Source: the human T2T-CHM13v2.0 reference genome, Homo sapiens. Taken from it: a DNA stretch of 64,000 bases. Both the position numbers and the translations under genes were made by a program. Positions 12,216 through 25,600 of the stretch are shown here, in pieces (position 1 is the first letter of the stretch; every line of letters begins with the position of its first letter). The stretch lies in assembly GCF_009914755.1 (NCBI RefSeq), contig NC_060932.1; one strand, 5' to 3'. The notes below the pieces were generated by a model. That model searched no databases, was not told the DNA's origin, and worked only from the letters and a program-made list of their open reading frames with translations.

Positions 12216-14084
12216 TAATCTCAGAAACATGTTTATGCTGTATCTACTCAACTAACTGTGCTGAACATTTCTATTGATAGAGCAGTTTTGAGACACTCTT
12301 CTTTTGGAATCTGCAAGTGGATATTTGGATAGATTTGAGGATTTCGTTGGAAACGGGATTATATATAAAAAGTAGACAGCAGCATTCTCAGAAACTTCTT
12401 TGTGATGTTTGCATCCAGCTCTCAGAGTTGAACATTCCCTTTCATAGAGTAGGTTTGAAACCCTCTTTTTATAGTGTCTAGAAGCGGGCATTTGGAGCGC
12501 TTACAGGCCTATTCTTAAAATAGGAAATATCCACCTACAGAAACTAGACAGAAGCATTCTGAGAATCACGTTTGTGATGTGGGTACTCAACTAACAGTGT
12601 TGATCCATTCTTTTGATACAGCAGTTTTGAACCACACTTTTTGTAGAATCTGCAAGTGGATATTTGGATAGCTGTGAGGATTTCGTTGGAAACGGGAATG
12701 TCTTCATAGAAAATTTAGACAGAAGCATTCTCAGAACCTTGATTGTGATGTGTGTTCTCCACTAACAGAGTTGAACCTTTCTTTTGACAGAACTGTTCTG
12801 AAACATTCTTTTTATAGAATCTGAAAGTGGATATTTGGAAAGCTTTGAGGATTTCGTTGGAAACGGGAATATCTTCAAATCAAATCTAGCCAGAAGCATT
12901 CTAAGAAACATCTTAGGGATGTTTACATTCAAGTCACAGAGTTGAACATTCCCTTTCACAGAGCAGGTTTGAAACAATCTTCTCGTACTATCTGGCAGTG
13001 GACATTTTGAGCTCCTTGGGGCCTATGCTGAAAAAGGAAATATCTTCCGACAAAAACTAGACAGAAGCATTCGCAGAATCACGTTTGTGATGTGTGCACT
13101 CAACTGTCAGAATTGAACCTTGGTTTGGACAGAGCACTTTTGAAACACTCTTTTTGTAGAATCTGCAGGTGGATATTTGGCTAGCTTTGAGGATTTCGTT
13201 GGAAACGGTAATGTCTTCAAAGAAAATCTAGACAGAAGCATTCTCAGAAACACCTTCGTGATGTTTGCAATCAAGTCACAGAGTTGAACCTTCCGTTTCA
13301 TAGAGCAGGTTGGAAACACTCTTTTTGTAGTATCTGGAAGTGGACATTTGGAGCACTTTCAGGCCTATGGTGAAAAAGGAAATATCTTCCCATAAAAACG
13401 ACATAGAAGCTATCTCAGGAACTTGTTTATGATGCATCTAATCAACTAACAGTGTTGAACCTTTGTACTGACAGAGCAGTTTGAAACACTCTTTTTTTGG
13501 AATCTGCAAGTGGATATTTGGATCGCTTTGAGGATTTCGTTGGAAACGGGATGCAATATAAAACGTACACAGCAGCATACTCAGAAAATACTTTGCCATA
13601 TTTCCATTCAAGTCACAGAGTGGAACATTCCCATTCATAGAGCAGGTTTGAAACACTCTTTTTGGAGTATCTGGAAGTGGACATTTGGAGCGCTTTCTGA
13701 ACTATGGTGAAAAAGGAAATAACTTCCAATGAAAACAAGACAGAAGCATTCTGAGAAACTTATTTGTGATGTGTGTCCTCAACAAACGGACTTGAACCTT
13801 TCGTTTCATGCAGTACTTCTGGAACACTCTTTTTGAAGATTCTGCATGCGGATATTTGGATAGCTTTGAGGATTTCGTTGGAAACGGGCTTACATGTAAA
13901 AATTAGACAGCAGCATTCTCAGAAACTTCTTTGTGGTGTCTGCATTCAAGTCACAGAATTGAACTTCCCCTCACATAGAGCAGTTGTGCAGCACTCTATT
14001 TGTAGTATCTGGAAGTGGACATTTGGAGGGCTTTGTAGCCTATCTGGAAAAAGGAAATATCTTCCCATGAATGCGAGATAGAAG
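12216..14084 (+). repeat. 11-mer HOR variant (1869 bp)
   Basis: Anchor spacing 12252->14121 = 1869. Monomer B ends in the 1-bp-longer CTTAAAATAGGAAAT form. Confidence 0.93.
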
Positions 14085-16633
14085 TAATCTCAGAAACATG
14101 TTTATGCTGTATCTACTCAACTAACTGTGCTGAACATTTCTATTGATAGAGCAGTTTTGAGACACTCTTCCTTTGGAATCTGCAAGTGGATATTTGGATA
14201 GATTTGAGGATTTCGTTGGAAACGGGATGATATATAAAAAGTAGACAGCAGCATTCTCAGAAACTTCTTTGTGATGTTTGCATCCAGCTCTCAGAGTTGA
14301 ACATTCCCTTTCATAGAGTAGGTTTGAAACCCTCTTTTTATAGTGTCTGGAAGCGGGCATTTGGAGCGCTTTCAGGCCTATGCTGAAAAAGGAAATATCT
14401 ACCTATAGAAACTAGACAGAAGCATTCTGAGAATCACGTTTGTGATGTGGGTACTCAACTAACAGTGTTGATCCATTCTTTTGATACAGCAGTTTTGAAC
14501 CACACTTTTTGTAGAATCTGCAAGTGGATATTTGGATAGCTGTGAGGATTTCGTTGGAAACGGGAATGTCTTCATAGAAAATTTAGACAGAAGCATTCTC
14601 AGAACCTTGATTGTGATGTGTGTTCTCCACTAACAGAGTTGAACCTTTCTTTAGACAGAACTGTTCTGAAACATTCTTTTTATAGAATCTGGAAGTGGAT
14701 ATTTGGAAAGCTTTGAGGATTTCGTTGGAAACGGGAATATCTTCAAATCAAATCTAGCCAGAAGCATTCTAAGAAACATCTTAGGGATGTTTACATTCAA
14801 GTCACAGAGTTGAACATTCCCTTTCACAGAGCAGGTTTGAAACAATCTTCTCGTACTATTTGGCAGTGGACATTTTGAGCTCCTTGGGGCCTATGCTGAA
14901 AAAGGAAATATCTTCCGACAAAAACTAGACAGAAGCATTCGCAGAATCACGTTTGTGATGTGTGCACTCAACTGTCAGAATTGAACCTTGGTTTGGACAG
15001 AGCACTTTTGAAACACTCTTTTTGTAGAATCTGCAGGTGGATATTTGGCTAGCTTTGAGGATTTCGTTGGAAACGGTAATGTCTTCAAAGAAAATCTAGA
15101 CAGAAGCATTCTCAGAAACACCTTCGTGATGTTTGCAATCAAGTCACAGAGTTGAACCTTCCGTTTCATAGAGCAGGTTGGAAACACTCTTTTTGTAGTA
15201 TCTGGAAGTGGACATTTGGAGGGCTTTGTAGCCTATGTGGAAAAAGGAAATATCTTCCCATGAATGCGAGATAGAAGTAATCTCAGAAACATGTTTATGC
15301 TGTATCTACTCAACTAACTGTGCTGAACATTTCTATTGATAGAGCAGTTTTGAGACACTCTTCTTTTGGAATCTGCAAGTGGATATTTGGAGAGATTTGA
15401 GGATTTCGTTGGAAATGGGATTATATATAAAAAGTAGACAGCAGCATTCTCAGAAACTTCTTTGTGATGTTTGCATCCAGCTCTCAGAGTTGAACATTCC
15501 CTTTCATAGAGTAGGTTTGAAACCCTCTTTTTATAGTGTCTGGAAGCGGGCATTTGGAGCGCTTTCAGACCTATGCTTAAAATAGGAAATATCTACCTAC
15601 AGAAACTAGACAGAAGCATTCTGAGAATCTCGTTTGTGATGTGGGTACTCAACTAACAGTGTTGATCCATTCTTTTGATACAGCAGTTTTGAACCACACT
15701 TTTTGTAGAATCTGCAAGAGGATATTTGGATAGCTGTGAGGATTTCGTTGGAAACGGGAATGTCTTCAAAGAAAATCTAGACAGAAGCATTCTCAGAAAC
15801 ACCTTCGTGATGTTTGCAATCAAGTCACAGAGTTGAACCTTCCGTTTCATAGAGCAGGTTGGAAACACTCTTATTGTAGTATCTGGAAGTGGACATTTGG
15901 AGCGCTTTCAGGCCTATGGTGAAAAAGGAAATATCTTCCCATAAAAACGACATAGAAGCTATCTCAGGAACTTGTTTATGATGCATCTAATCAACTAACA
16001 GTGTTGAACCTTTGTACTGACAGAGCACTTTGAAACACTCTTTTTTTGGAATCTGCAAGTGGATATTTGGATCGCTTTGAGGATTTCGTTGGAAACGGGA
16101 TGCAATATAAAACGTACACAGCAGCATACTCAGAAAATACTTTGCCATATTTCCATTCAAGTCACAGAGTGGAACATTCCCATTCATAGAGCAGGTTGGA
16201 AACACTCTTTTTGGAGTATCTGGAAGTGGACATTTGGAGCGCTTTCTGAACTATGGTGAAAAAGGAAATATCTTCCAATGAAAACAAGACAGAAGCATTC
16301 TGAGAAACTTATTTGTGATGTGTGTCCTCAACAAACGGACTTGAACCTTTCGTTTCATGCAGTACTTCTGGAACACTCTTTTTGAAGATTCTGCATGCGG
16401 ATATTTGGATAGCTTTGAGGATTTCGTTGGAAACGGGCTTACATGTAAAAATTAGACAGCAGCATTCTCAGAAACTTCTTTGTGGTGTCTGCATTCAAGT
16501 CACAGAATTGAACTTCCCCTCACATAGAGCAGTTGTGCAGCACTCTATTTGTAGTATCTGGAAGTGGACATTTGGAGGGCTTTGTAGCCTATCTGGAAAA
16601 AGGAAATATCTTCCCATGAATGCGAGATAGAAG

Positions 16634-19600
16634 TAATCTCAGAAACATGTTTATGCTGTATCTACTCAACTAACTGTGCTGAACATTTCTATTGATAGAG
16701 CAGTTTTGAGACCCTCTTCTTTTGGAATCTGCAAGTGGATATTTGGATAGATTTGAGGATTTCGTTGGAAACGGGATTATATATAAAAAGTAGACAGCAG
16801 CATTCTCAGAAACTTCTTTGTGATGTTTGCATCCAGCTCTCAGAGTTGAACATTCCCTTTCATAGAGTAGGTTTGAAACCCTCTTTTTATAGTGTCTGGA
16901 AGCGGGCATTTGGAGCGCTTTCAGGCCTATGCTGAAAAAGGAGATATCTACCTATAGAAACTAGACAGAAGCATTCTGAGAATCACGTTTGTGATGTGGG
17001 TACTCAACTAACAGTGTTGATCCATTCTTTTGATACAGCAGTTTTGAACCACACTTTTTGTAGAATCTGCAAGTGGATATTTGGATAGCTGTGAGGATTT
17101 CGTTGGAAACGGGAATGTCTTCATAGAAAATTTAGAGAGAAGCATTCTCAGAACCTTGATTGTGATGTGTGTTCTCCACTAACAGAGTTGAACCTTTCTT
17201 TTGACAGAACTGTTCTGAAACATTCTTTTTATAGAATCTGGAAGTGGATATTTGGAAAGCTTTGAGGATTTCGTTGGAAACGGGAATATCTTCAAATAAA
17301 ATCTAGCCAGAAGCATTCTAAGAAACATCTTAGGGATGTTTACATTCAAGTCACAGAGTTGAACATTCCCTTTCACAGAGCAGGTTTGAAACAATCTTCT
17401 CGTACTATCTGGCAGTGGACATTTTGAGCTCTTTGGGGCCTATGCTGAAAAAGGAAATATCTTCCGACAAAAACTAGACAGAAGCATTCGCAGAATCACG
17501 TTTGTGATGTGTGCACTCAACTGTCAGAATTGAACCTTGGTTTGGAGAGAGCACTTTTGAAACACTCTTTTTGTAGAATCTGCAGGTGGATATTTGGCTA
17601 GCTTTGAGGATTTCGTTGGAAACGGTAATGTCTTCAAAGAAAATCTAGACAGAAGCATTCTCAGAAACACCTTCGTGATGTTTGCAATCAAGTCACAGAG
17701 TTGAACCTTCCGTTTCATAGAGCAGGTTGGAAACACACTTTTTGTAGTATCTGGAAGTGGACATTTGGAGGGCTTTGTAGCCTATCTGGAAAAAGGAAAT
17801 ATCTTCCCATGAATGCGAGATAGAAGTAATCTGAGAAACATGTTTATGCTGTATCTACTCAACTAACTGTGCTGAACATTTCTATTGATAGAGCAGTTTT
17901 GAGACACTCTTCTTTTGGAATCTGCAAGTGGATATTTGGATAGATTTGAGGATTTCGTTGGAAACGGGATTATATATAAAAAGTAGACAGCAGCATTCTC
18001 AGAAACTTCTTTGTGATGTTTGCATCCAGCTCCCAGAGTTGAACATTCCCTTTCATAGAGTAGGTTTGAAACCCTCTTTTTATAGTGTCTGGAAGCGGGC
18101 ATTTGGAGCGCTTTCAGGCCTATGCTGAAAACGGAAATATCTACCTATAGAAACTAGACAGAAGCATTCTGAGAATCACGTTTGTGATGTGGGTACTCAA
18201 CTAACAGTGTTGATCCATTCTTTTGATACAGCAGTTTTGAACCACACTTTTTGTAGAATCTGCAAGTGGATATTTGGATAGCTGTGAGGATTTCGTTGGA
18301 AACGGGAATGTCTTCATAGAAAATTTAGACAGAAGCATTCTCAGAACCTTGATTGTGATGTGTGTTCTCCACTAACAGAGTTGAACCTTTCTTTTGACAG
18401 AACTGTTCTGAAACATTCTTTTTATAGAATCTGGAAGTGGATATTTGGAAAGCTTTGAGGATTTCGTTGGAAACGGGAATATCTTCAAATCAAATCTAGC
18501 CAGAAGCATTCTAAGAAACAGCTTAGGGATGTTTACATTCAAGTCACAGAGTTGAACATTCCCTTTCACAGAGCAGGTTTGAAACAATCTTCTCGTACTA
18601 TCTGGCAGTGGACATTTTGAGCTCTTTGGGGCCTATGCTGAAAAAGGAAATATCTTCCGACAAAAACTAGACAGAAGCATTCGCAGAATCACGTTTGTGA
18701 TGTGTGCACTCAACTGTCAGAATTGAACCTTGGTTTGGACAGAGCACTTTTGAAACACTCTTTTTGTAGAATCTGCAGGTGGATATTTGGCTAGCTTTGA
18801 GGATTTCGTTGGAAACGGTAATGTCTTCAAAGAAAATCTAGACAGAAGCATTCTCAGAAACAACTTCGTGATGTTTGCAATCAAGTCACAGAGTTGAACC
18901 TTCCGTTTCATAGAGCAGGTTGGAAACACACTTTTTGTAGTATCTGGAAGTGGACATTTGGAGGGCTTTGTAGCCTATCTGGAAAAAGGAAATATCTTCC
19001 CATGAATGCGAGGTAGAAGTAATCTCAGAAACATGTTTATGCTGTATCTACTCAACTAACTGTGCTGAACATTTCTATTGATAGAGCAGTTTTGAGACAC
19101 TCTTCTTTTGGAATCTGCAAGTGGATATTTGGATAGATTTGAGGATTTCGTTGGAAACGGGATTATATATAAAAAGTAGACAGCAGCATTCTCAGAAACT
19201 TCTTTGTGATGTTTGCATCCAGCTCTCAGAGTTGAACATTCCCTTTCATAGAGTAGGTTTGAAACCCTCTTTTTATAGTGTCTGGAAGCAGGCATTTGGA
19301 GCGCTTTCAGGCCTATGCTTAAAATAGGAAATATCTACCTACAGAAACTAGACAGAAGCATTCTGAGAATCACGTTTGTGATGTGGGTACTCAACTAACA
19401 GTGTTGATCCATTCTTTTGATACAGCAGTTTTGAACCACACTTTTTGTAGAATCTGCAAGAGGATATTTGGATAGCTGTGAGGATTTCGTTGGAAACGGG
19501 AATGTCTTCAAAGAAAATCTAGACAGAAGCATTCTCAGAAACACCTTCGTGATGTTTGCAATCAAGTCACAGAGTTGAACCTTCCGTTTCATAGAGCAGG

Positions 19601-22600
19601 TTGGAAACACTCTTATTGTAGTATCTGGAAGTGGACATTTGGAGCGCTTTCAGGCCTATGGTGAAAAAGGAAATATCTTCCCATCAAAACGACATAGAAG
19701 CTATCTCAGGAACTTGTTTATGATGCATCTAATCAACTAACAGTGTTGAACCTTTGTACTGACAGAGCACTTTGAAACACTCTTTTTTTGGAATCTGCAA
19801 GTGGATATTTGGATCGCTTTGAGGATTTCGTTGGAAACGGGATGCAATATAAAACGTACACAGCAGCATACTCAGAAAATACTTTGCCATATTTCCATTC
19901 AAGTCACAGAGTGGAACATTCCCATTCATAGAGCAGGTTGGAAACACTCTTTTTGGAGTATCTGGAAGTGGACATTTGGAGCGCTTTCTGAACTATGGTG
20001 AAAAAGGAAATATCTTCCAATGAAAACAAGACAGAAGCATTCTGAGAAACTTATTTGTGATGTGTGTCCTCAACAAACGGACTTGAACCTTTCGTTTCAT
20101 GCAGTACTTCTGGAACACTCTTTTTGAAGATTCTGCATGCGGATATTTGGATAGCTTTGAGGATTTCGTTGGAAACGGGCTTACATGTAAAAATTAGACA
20201 GCAGCATTCTCAGAAACTTCTTTGTGGTGTCTGCATTCAAGTCACAGAATTGAACTTCCCCTCACATAGAGCAGTTGTGCAGCACTCTATTTGTAGTATC
20301 TGGAAGTGGACATTTGGAGGGCTTTGTAGCCTATCTGGAAAAAGGAAATATCTTCCCATGAATGCGAGATAGAAGTAATCTCAGAAACATGTTTATGCTG
20401 TATCTACTCAACTAACTGTGCTGAACATTTCTATTGATAGAGCAGTTTTGAGACCCTCTTCTTTTGGAATCTGCAAGTGGATATTTGGATAGATTTGAGG
20501 ATTTCGTTGGAAACGGGATTATATATCAAAAGTAGACAGCAGCATTCTCAGAAACTTCTTTGTGATGTTTGCATCCAGCTCTCAGAGTTGAACATTCCCT
20601 TTCATAGAGTAGGTTTGAAACCCTCTTTTTATAGTGTCTGGAAGCGGGCATTTGGAGCGCTTTCAGGCCTATGCTGAAAAAGGAGATATCTACCTATAGA
20701 AACTAGACAGAAGCATTCTGAGAATCACGTTTGTGATGTGGGTACTCAACTAACAGTGTTGATCCATTCTTTTGATACAGCAGTTTTGAACCACACTTTT
20801 TGTAGAATCTGCAAGTGGATATTTGGATAGCTGTGAGGATTTCGTTGGAAACGGGAATGTCTTCATAGAAAATTTAGAGAGAAGCATTCTCAGAACCTTG
20901 ATTGTGATGTGTGTTCTCCACTAACAGAGTTGAACCTTTCTTTTGACAGAACTGTTCTGAAACATTCTTTTTATAGAATCTGGAAGTGGATATTTGGAAA
21001 GCTTTGAGGATTTCGTTGGAAACGGGAATATCTTCAAATAAAATCTAGCCAGAAGCATTCTAAGAAACATCTTAGGGATGTTTACATTCAAGTCACAGAG
21101 TTGAACATTCCCTTTCACAGAGCAGGTTTGAAACAATCTTCTCGTACTATCTGGCAGTGGACATTTTGAGCTCTTTGGGGCCTATGCTGAAAAAGGAAAT
21201 ATCTTCCGACAAAAACTAGACAGAAGCATTCGCAGAATCACGTTTGTGATGTGTGCACTCAACTGTCAGAATTGAACCTTGGTTTGGAGAGAGCACTTTT
21301 GAAACACTCTTTTTGTAGAATCTGCAGGTGGATATTTGGCTAGCTTTGAGGATTTCGTTGGAAACGGTAATGTCTTCAAAGAAAATCTAGACAGAAGCAT
21401 TCTCAGAAACACCTTCGTGATGTTTGCAATCAAGTCACAGAGTTGAACCTTCCGTTTCATAGAGCAGGTTGGAAACACACTTTTTGTAGTATCTGGAAGT
21501 GGACATTTGGAGGGCTTTGTAGCCTATCTGGAAAAAGGAAATATCTTCCCATGAATGCGAGATAGAAGTAATCTCAGAAACATGTTTATGCTGTATCTAC
21601 TCAACTAACTGTGCTGAACATTTCTATTGATAGAGCAGTTTTGAGACACTCTTCTTTTGGAATCTGCAAGTGGATATTTGGATAGATTTGAGGATTTCGT
21701 TGGAAACGGTATTATATATAAAAAGTAGACAGCAGCATTCTCAGAAACTTCTTTGTGATGTTTGCATCCAGCTCCCAGAGTTGAACATTCCCTTTCATAG
21801 AGTAGGTTTGAAACCCTCTTTTTATAGTGTCTGGAAGCGGGCATTTGGAGCGCTTTCAGGCCTATGCTGAAAAAGGAAATATCTACCTATAGAAACTAGA
21901 CAGAAGCATTCTGAGAATCACGTTTGTGATGTGGGTACTCAACTAACAGTGTTGATCCATTCTTTTGATACAGCAGTTTTGAACCACACTTTTTGTAGAA
22001 TCTGCAAGTGGATATTTGGATAGCTGTGAGGATTTCGTTGGAAACGGGAATGTCTTCATAGAAAATTTAGACAGAAGCATTCTCAGAACCTTGATTGTGA
22101 TGTGTGTTCTCCACTAACAGAGTTGAACCTTTCTTTTGACAGAACTGTTCTGAAACATTCTTTTTATAGAATCTGGAAGTGGATATTTGGAAAGCTTTGA
22201 GGATTTCGTTGGAAACGGGAATATCTTCAAATCAAATCTAGCCAGAAGCATTCTAAGAAACAGCTTAGGGATGTTTACATTCAAGTCACAGAGTTGAACA
22301 TTCCCTTTCACAGAGCAGGTTTGAAACAATCTTCTCGTACTATCTGGCAGTGGACATTTTGAGCTCCTTGGGGCCTATGCTGAAAAAGGAAATATCTTCC
22401 GACAAAAACTAGACAGAAGCATTCGCAGAATCACGTTTGTGATGTGTGCACTCAACTGTCAGAATTGAACCTTGGTTTGGAGAGAGCACTTTTGAAACAC
22501 TCTTTTTGTAGAATCTGCAGGTGGATATTTGGCTAGCTTTGAGGATTTCGTTGGAAACGGTAATGTCTTCAAAGAAAATCTAGACAGAAGCATTCTCAGA

Positions 22601-25600
22601 AACACCTTCGTGATGTTTGCAATCAAGTCACAGAGTTGAACCTTCCGTTTCATAGAGCAGGTTGGAAACACTCTTTTTGTAGTATCTGGAAGTGGACATT
22701 TGGAGGGCTTTGTAGCCTATCTGGAAAAAGGAAATATCTTCCCATGAATGCGAGATAGAAGTAATCTCAGAAACATGTTTATGCTGTATCTACTCAACTA
22801 ACTGTGCTGAACATTTCTATTGATAGAGCAGTTTTGAGACACTCTTCTTTTGGAATCTGCAAGTGGATATTTGGAGAGATTTGAGGATTTCGTTGGAAAT
22901 GGGATTATATATAAAAAGTAGACAGCAGCATTCTCAGAAACTTCTTTGTGATGTTTGCATCCAGCTCTCAGAGTTGAACATTCCCTTTCATAGAGTAGGT
23001 TTGAAACCCTCTTTTTATAGTGTCTGGAAGCGGGCATTTGGAGCGCTTTCAGACCTATGCTTAAAATAGGAAATATCTACCTACAGAAACTAGACAGAAG
23101 CATTCTGAGAATCTCGTTTGTGATGTGGGTACTCAACTAACAGTGTTGATCCATTCTTTTGATACAGCAGTTTTGAACCACACTTTTTGTAGAATCTGCA
23201 AGAGGATATTTGGATAGCTGTGAGGATTTCGTTGGAAACGGGAATGTCTTCAAAGAAAATCTAGACAGAAGCATTCTCAGAAACACCTTCGTGATGTTTG
23301 CAATCAAGTCACAGAGTTGAACCTTCCGTTTCATAGAGCAGGTTGGAAACACTCTTATTGTAGTATCTGGAAGTGGACATTTGGAGCGCTTTCAGGCCTA
23401 TGGTGAAAAAGGAAATATCTTCCCATAAAAACGACATAGAAGCTATCTCAGGAACTTGTTTATGATGCATCTAATCAACTAACAGTGTTGAACCTTTGTA
23501 CTGACAGAGCACTTTGAAACACTCTTTTTTTGGAATCTGCAAGTGGATATTTGGATCGCTTTGAGGATTTCGTTGGAAACGGGATGCAATATAAAACGTA
23601 CACAGCAGCATACTCAGAAAATACTTTGCCATATTTCCATTCAAGTCACAGAGTGGAACATTCCCATTCATAGAGCAGGTTGGAAACACTCTTTTTGGAG
23701 TATCTGGAAGTGGACATTTGGAGCGCTTTCTGAACTATGGTGAAAAAGGAAATATCTTCCAATGAAAACAAGACAGAAGCATTCTGAGAAACTTATTTGT
23801 GATGTGTGTCCTCAACAAACGGACTTGAACCTTTCGTTTCATGCAGTACTTCTGGAACACTCTTTTTGAAGATTCTGCATGCGGATATTTGGATAGCTTT
23901 GAGGATTTCGTTGGAAACGGGCTTACATGTAAAAATTAGACAGCAGCATTCTCAGAAACTTCTTTGTGGTGTCTGCATTCAAGTCACAGAATTGAACTTC
24001 CCCTCACATAGAGCAGTTGTGCAGCACTCTATTTGTAGTATCTGGAAGTGGACATTTGGAGGGCTTTGTAGCCTATCTGGAAAAAGGAAATATCTTCCCA
24101 TGAATGCGAGATAGAAGTAATCTCAGAAACATGTTTATGCTGTATCTACTCAACTAACTGTGCTGAACATTTCTATTGATAGAGCAGTTTTGAGACCCTC
24201 TTCTTTTGGAATCTGCAAGTGGATATTTGGATAGATTTGAGGATTTCGTTGGAAACGGGATTATATATAAAAAGTAGACAGCAGCATTCTCAGAAACTTC
24301 TTTGTGATGTTTGCATCCAGCTCTCAGAGTTGAACATTCCCTTTCATAGAGTAGGTTTGAAACCCTCTTTTTATAGTGTCTGGAAGCGGGCATTTGGAGC
24401 GCTTTCAGGCCTATGCTGAAAAAGGAGATATCTACCTATAGAAACTAGACAGAAGCATTCTGAGAATCACGTTTGTGATGTGGGTACTCAACTAACAGTG
24501 TTGATCCATTCTTTTGATACAGCAGTTTTGAACCACACTTTTTGTAGAATCTGCAAGTGGATATTTGGATAGCTGTGAGGATTTCGTTGGAAACGGGAAT
24601 GTCTTCATAGAAAATTTAGAGAGAAGCATTCTCAGAACCTTGATTGTGATGTGTGTTCTCCACTAACAGAGTTGAACCTTTCTTTTGACAGAACTGTTCT
24701 GAAACATTCTTTTTATAGAATCTGGAAGTGGATATTTGGAAAGCTTTGAGGATTTCGTTGGAAACGGGAATATCTTCAAATAAAATCTAGCCAGAAGCAT
24801 TCTAAGAAACATCTTAGGGATGTTTACATTCAAGTCACAGAGTTGAACATTCCCTTTCACAGAGCAGGTTTGAAACAATCTTCTCGTACTATCTGGCAGT
24901 GGACATTTTGAGCTCTTTGGGGCCTATGCTGAAAAAGGAAATATCTTCCGACAAAAACTAGACAGAAGCATTCGCAGAATCACGTTTGTGATGTGTGCAC
25001 TCAACTGTCAGAATTGAACCTTGGTTTGGAGAGAGCACTTTTGAAACACTCTTTTTGTAGAATCTGCAGGTGGATATTTGGCTAGCTTTGAGGATTTCGT
25101 TGGAAACGGTAATGTCTTCAAAGAAAATCTAGACAGAAGCATTCTCAGAAACACCTTCGTGATGTTTGCAATCAAGTCACAGAGTTGAACCTTCCGTTTC
25201 ATAGAGCAGGTTGGAAACACACTTTTTGTAGTATCTGGAAGTGGACATTTGGAGGGCTTTGTAGCCTATCTGGAAAAAGGAAATATCTTCCCATGAATGC
25301 GAGATAGAAGTAATCTGAGAAACATGTTTATGCTGTATCTACTCAACTAACTGTGCTGAACATTTCTATTGATAGAGCAGTTTTGAGACACTCTTCTTTT
25401 GGAATCTGCAAGTGGATATTTGGATAGATTTGAGGATTTCGTTGGAAACGGGATTATATATAAAAAGTAGACAGCAGCATTCTCAGAAACTTCTTTGTGA
25501 TGTTTGCATCCAGCTCCCAGAGTTGAACATTCCCTTTCATAGAGTAGGTTTGAAACCCTCTTTTTATAGTGTCTGGAAGCGGGCATTTGGAGCGCTTTCA

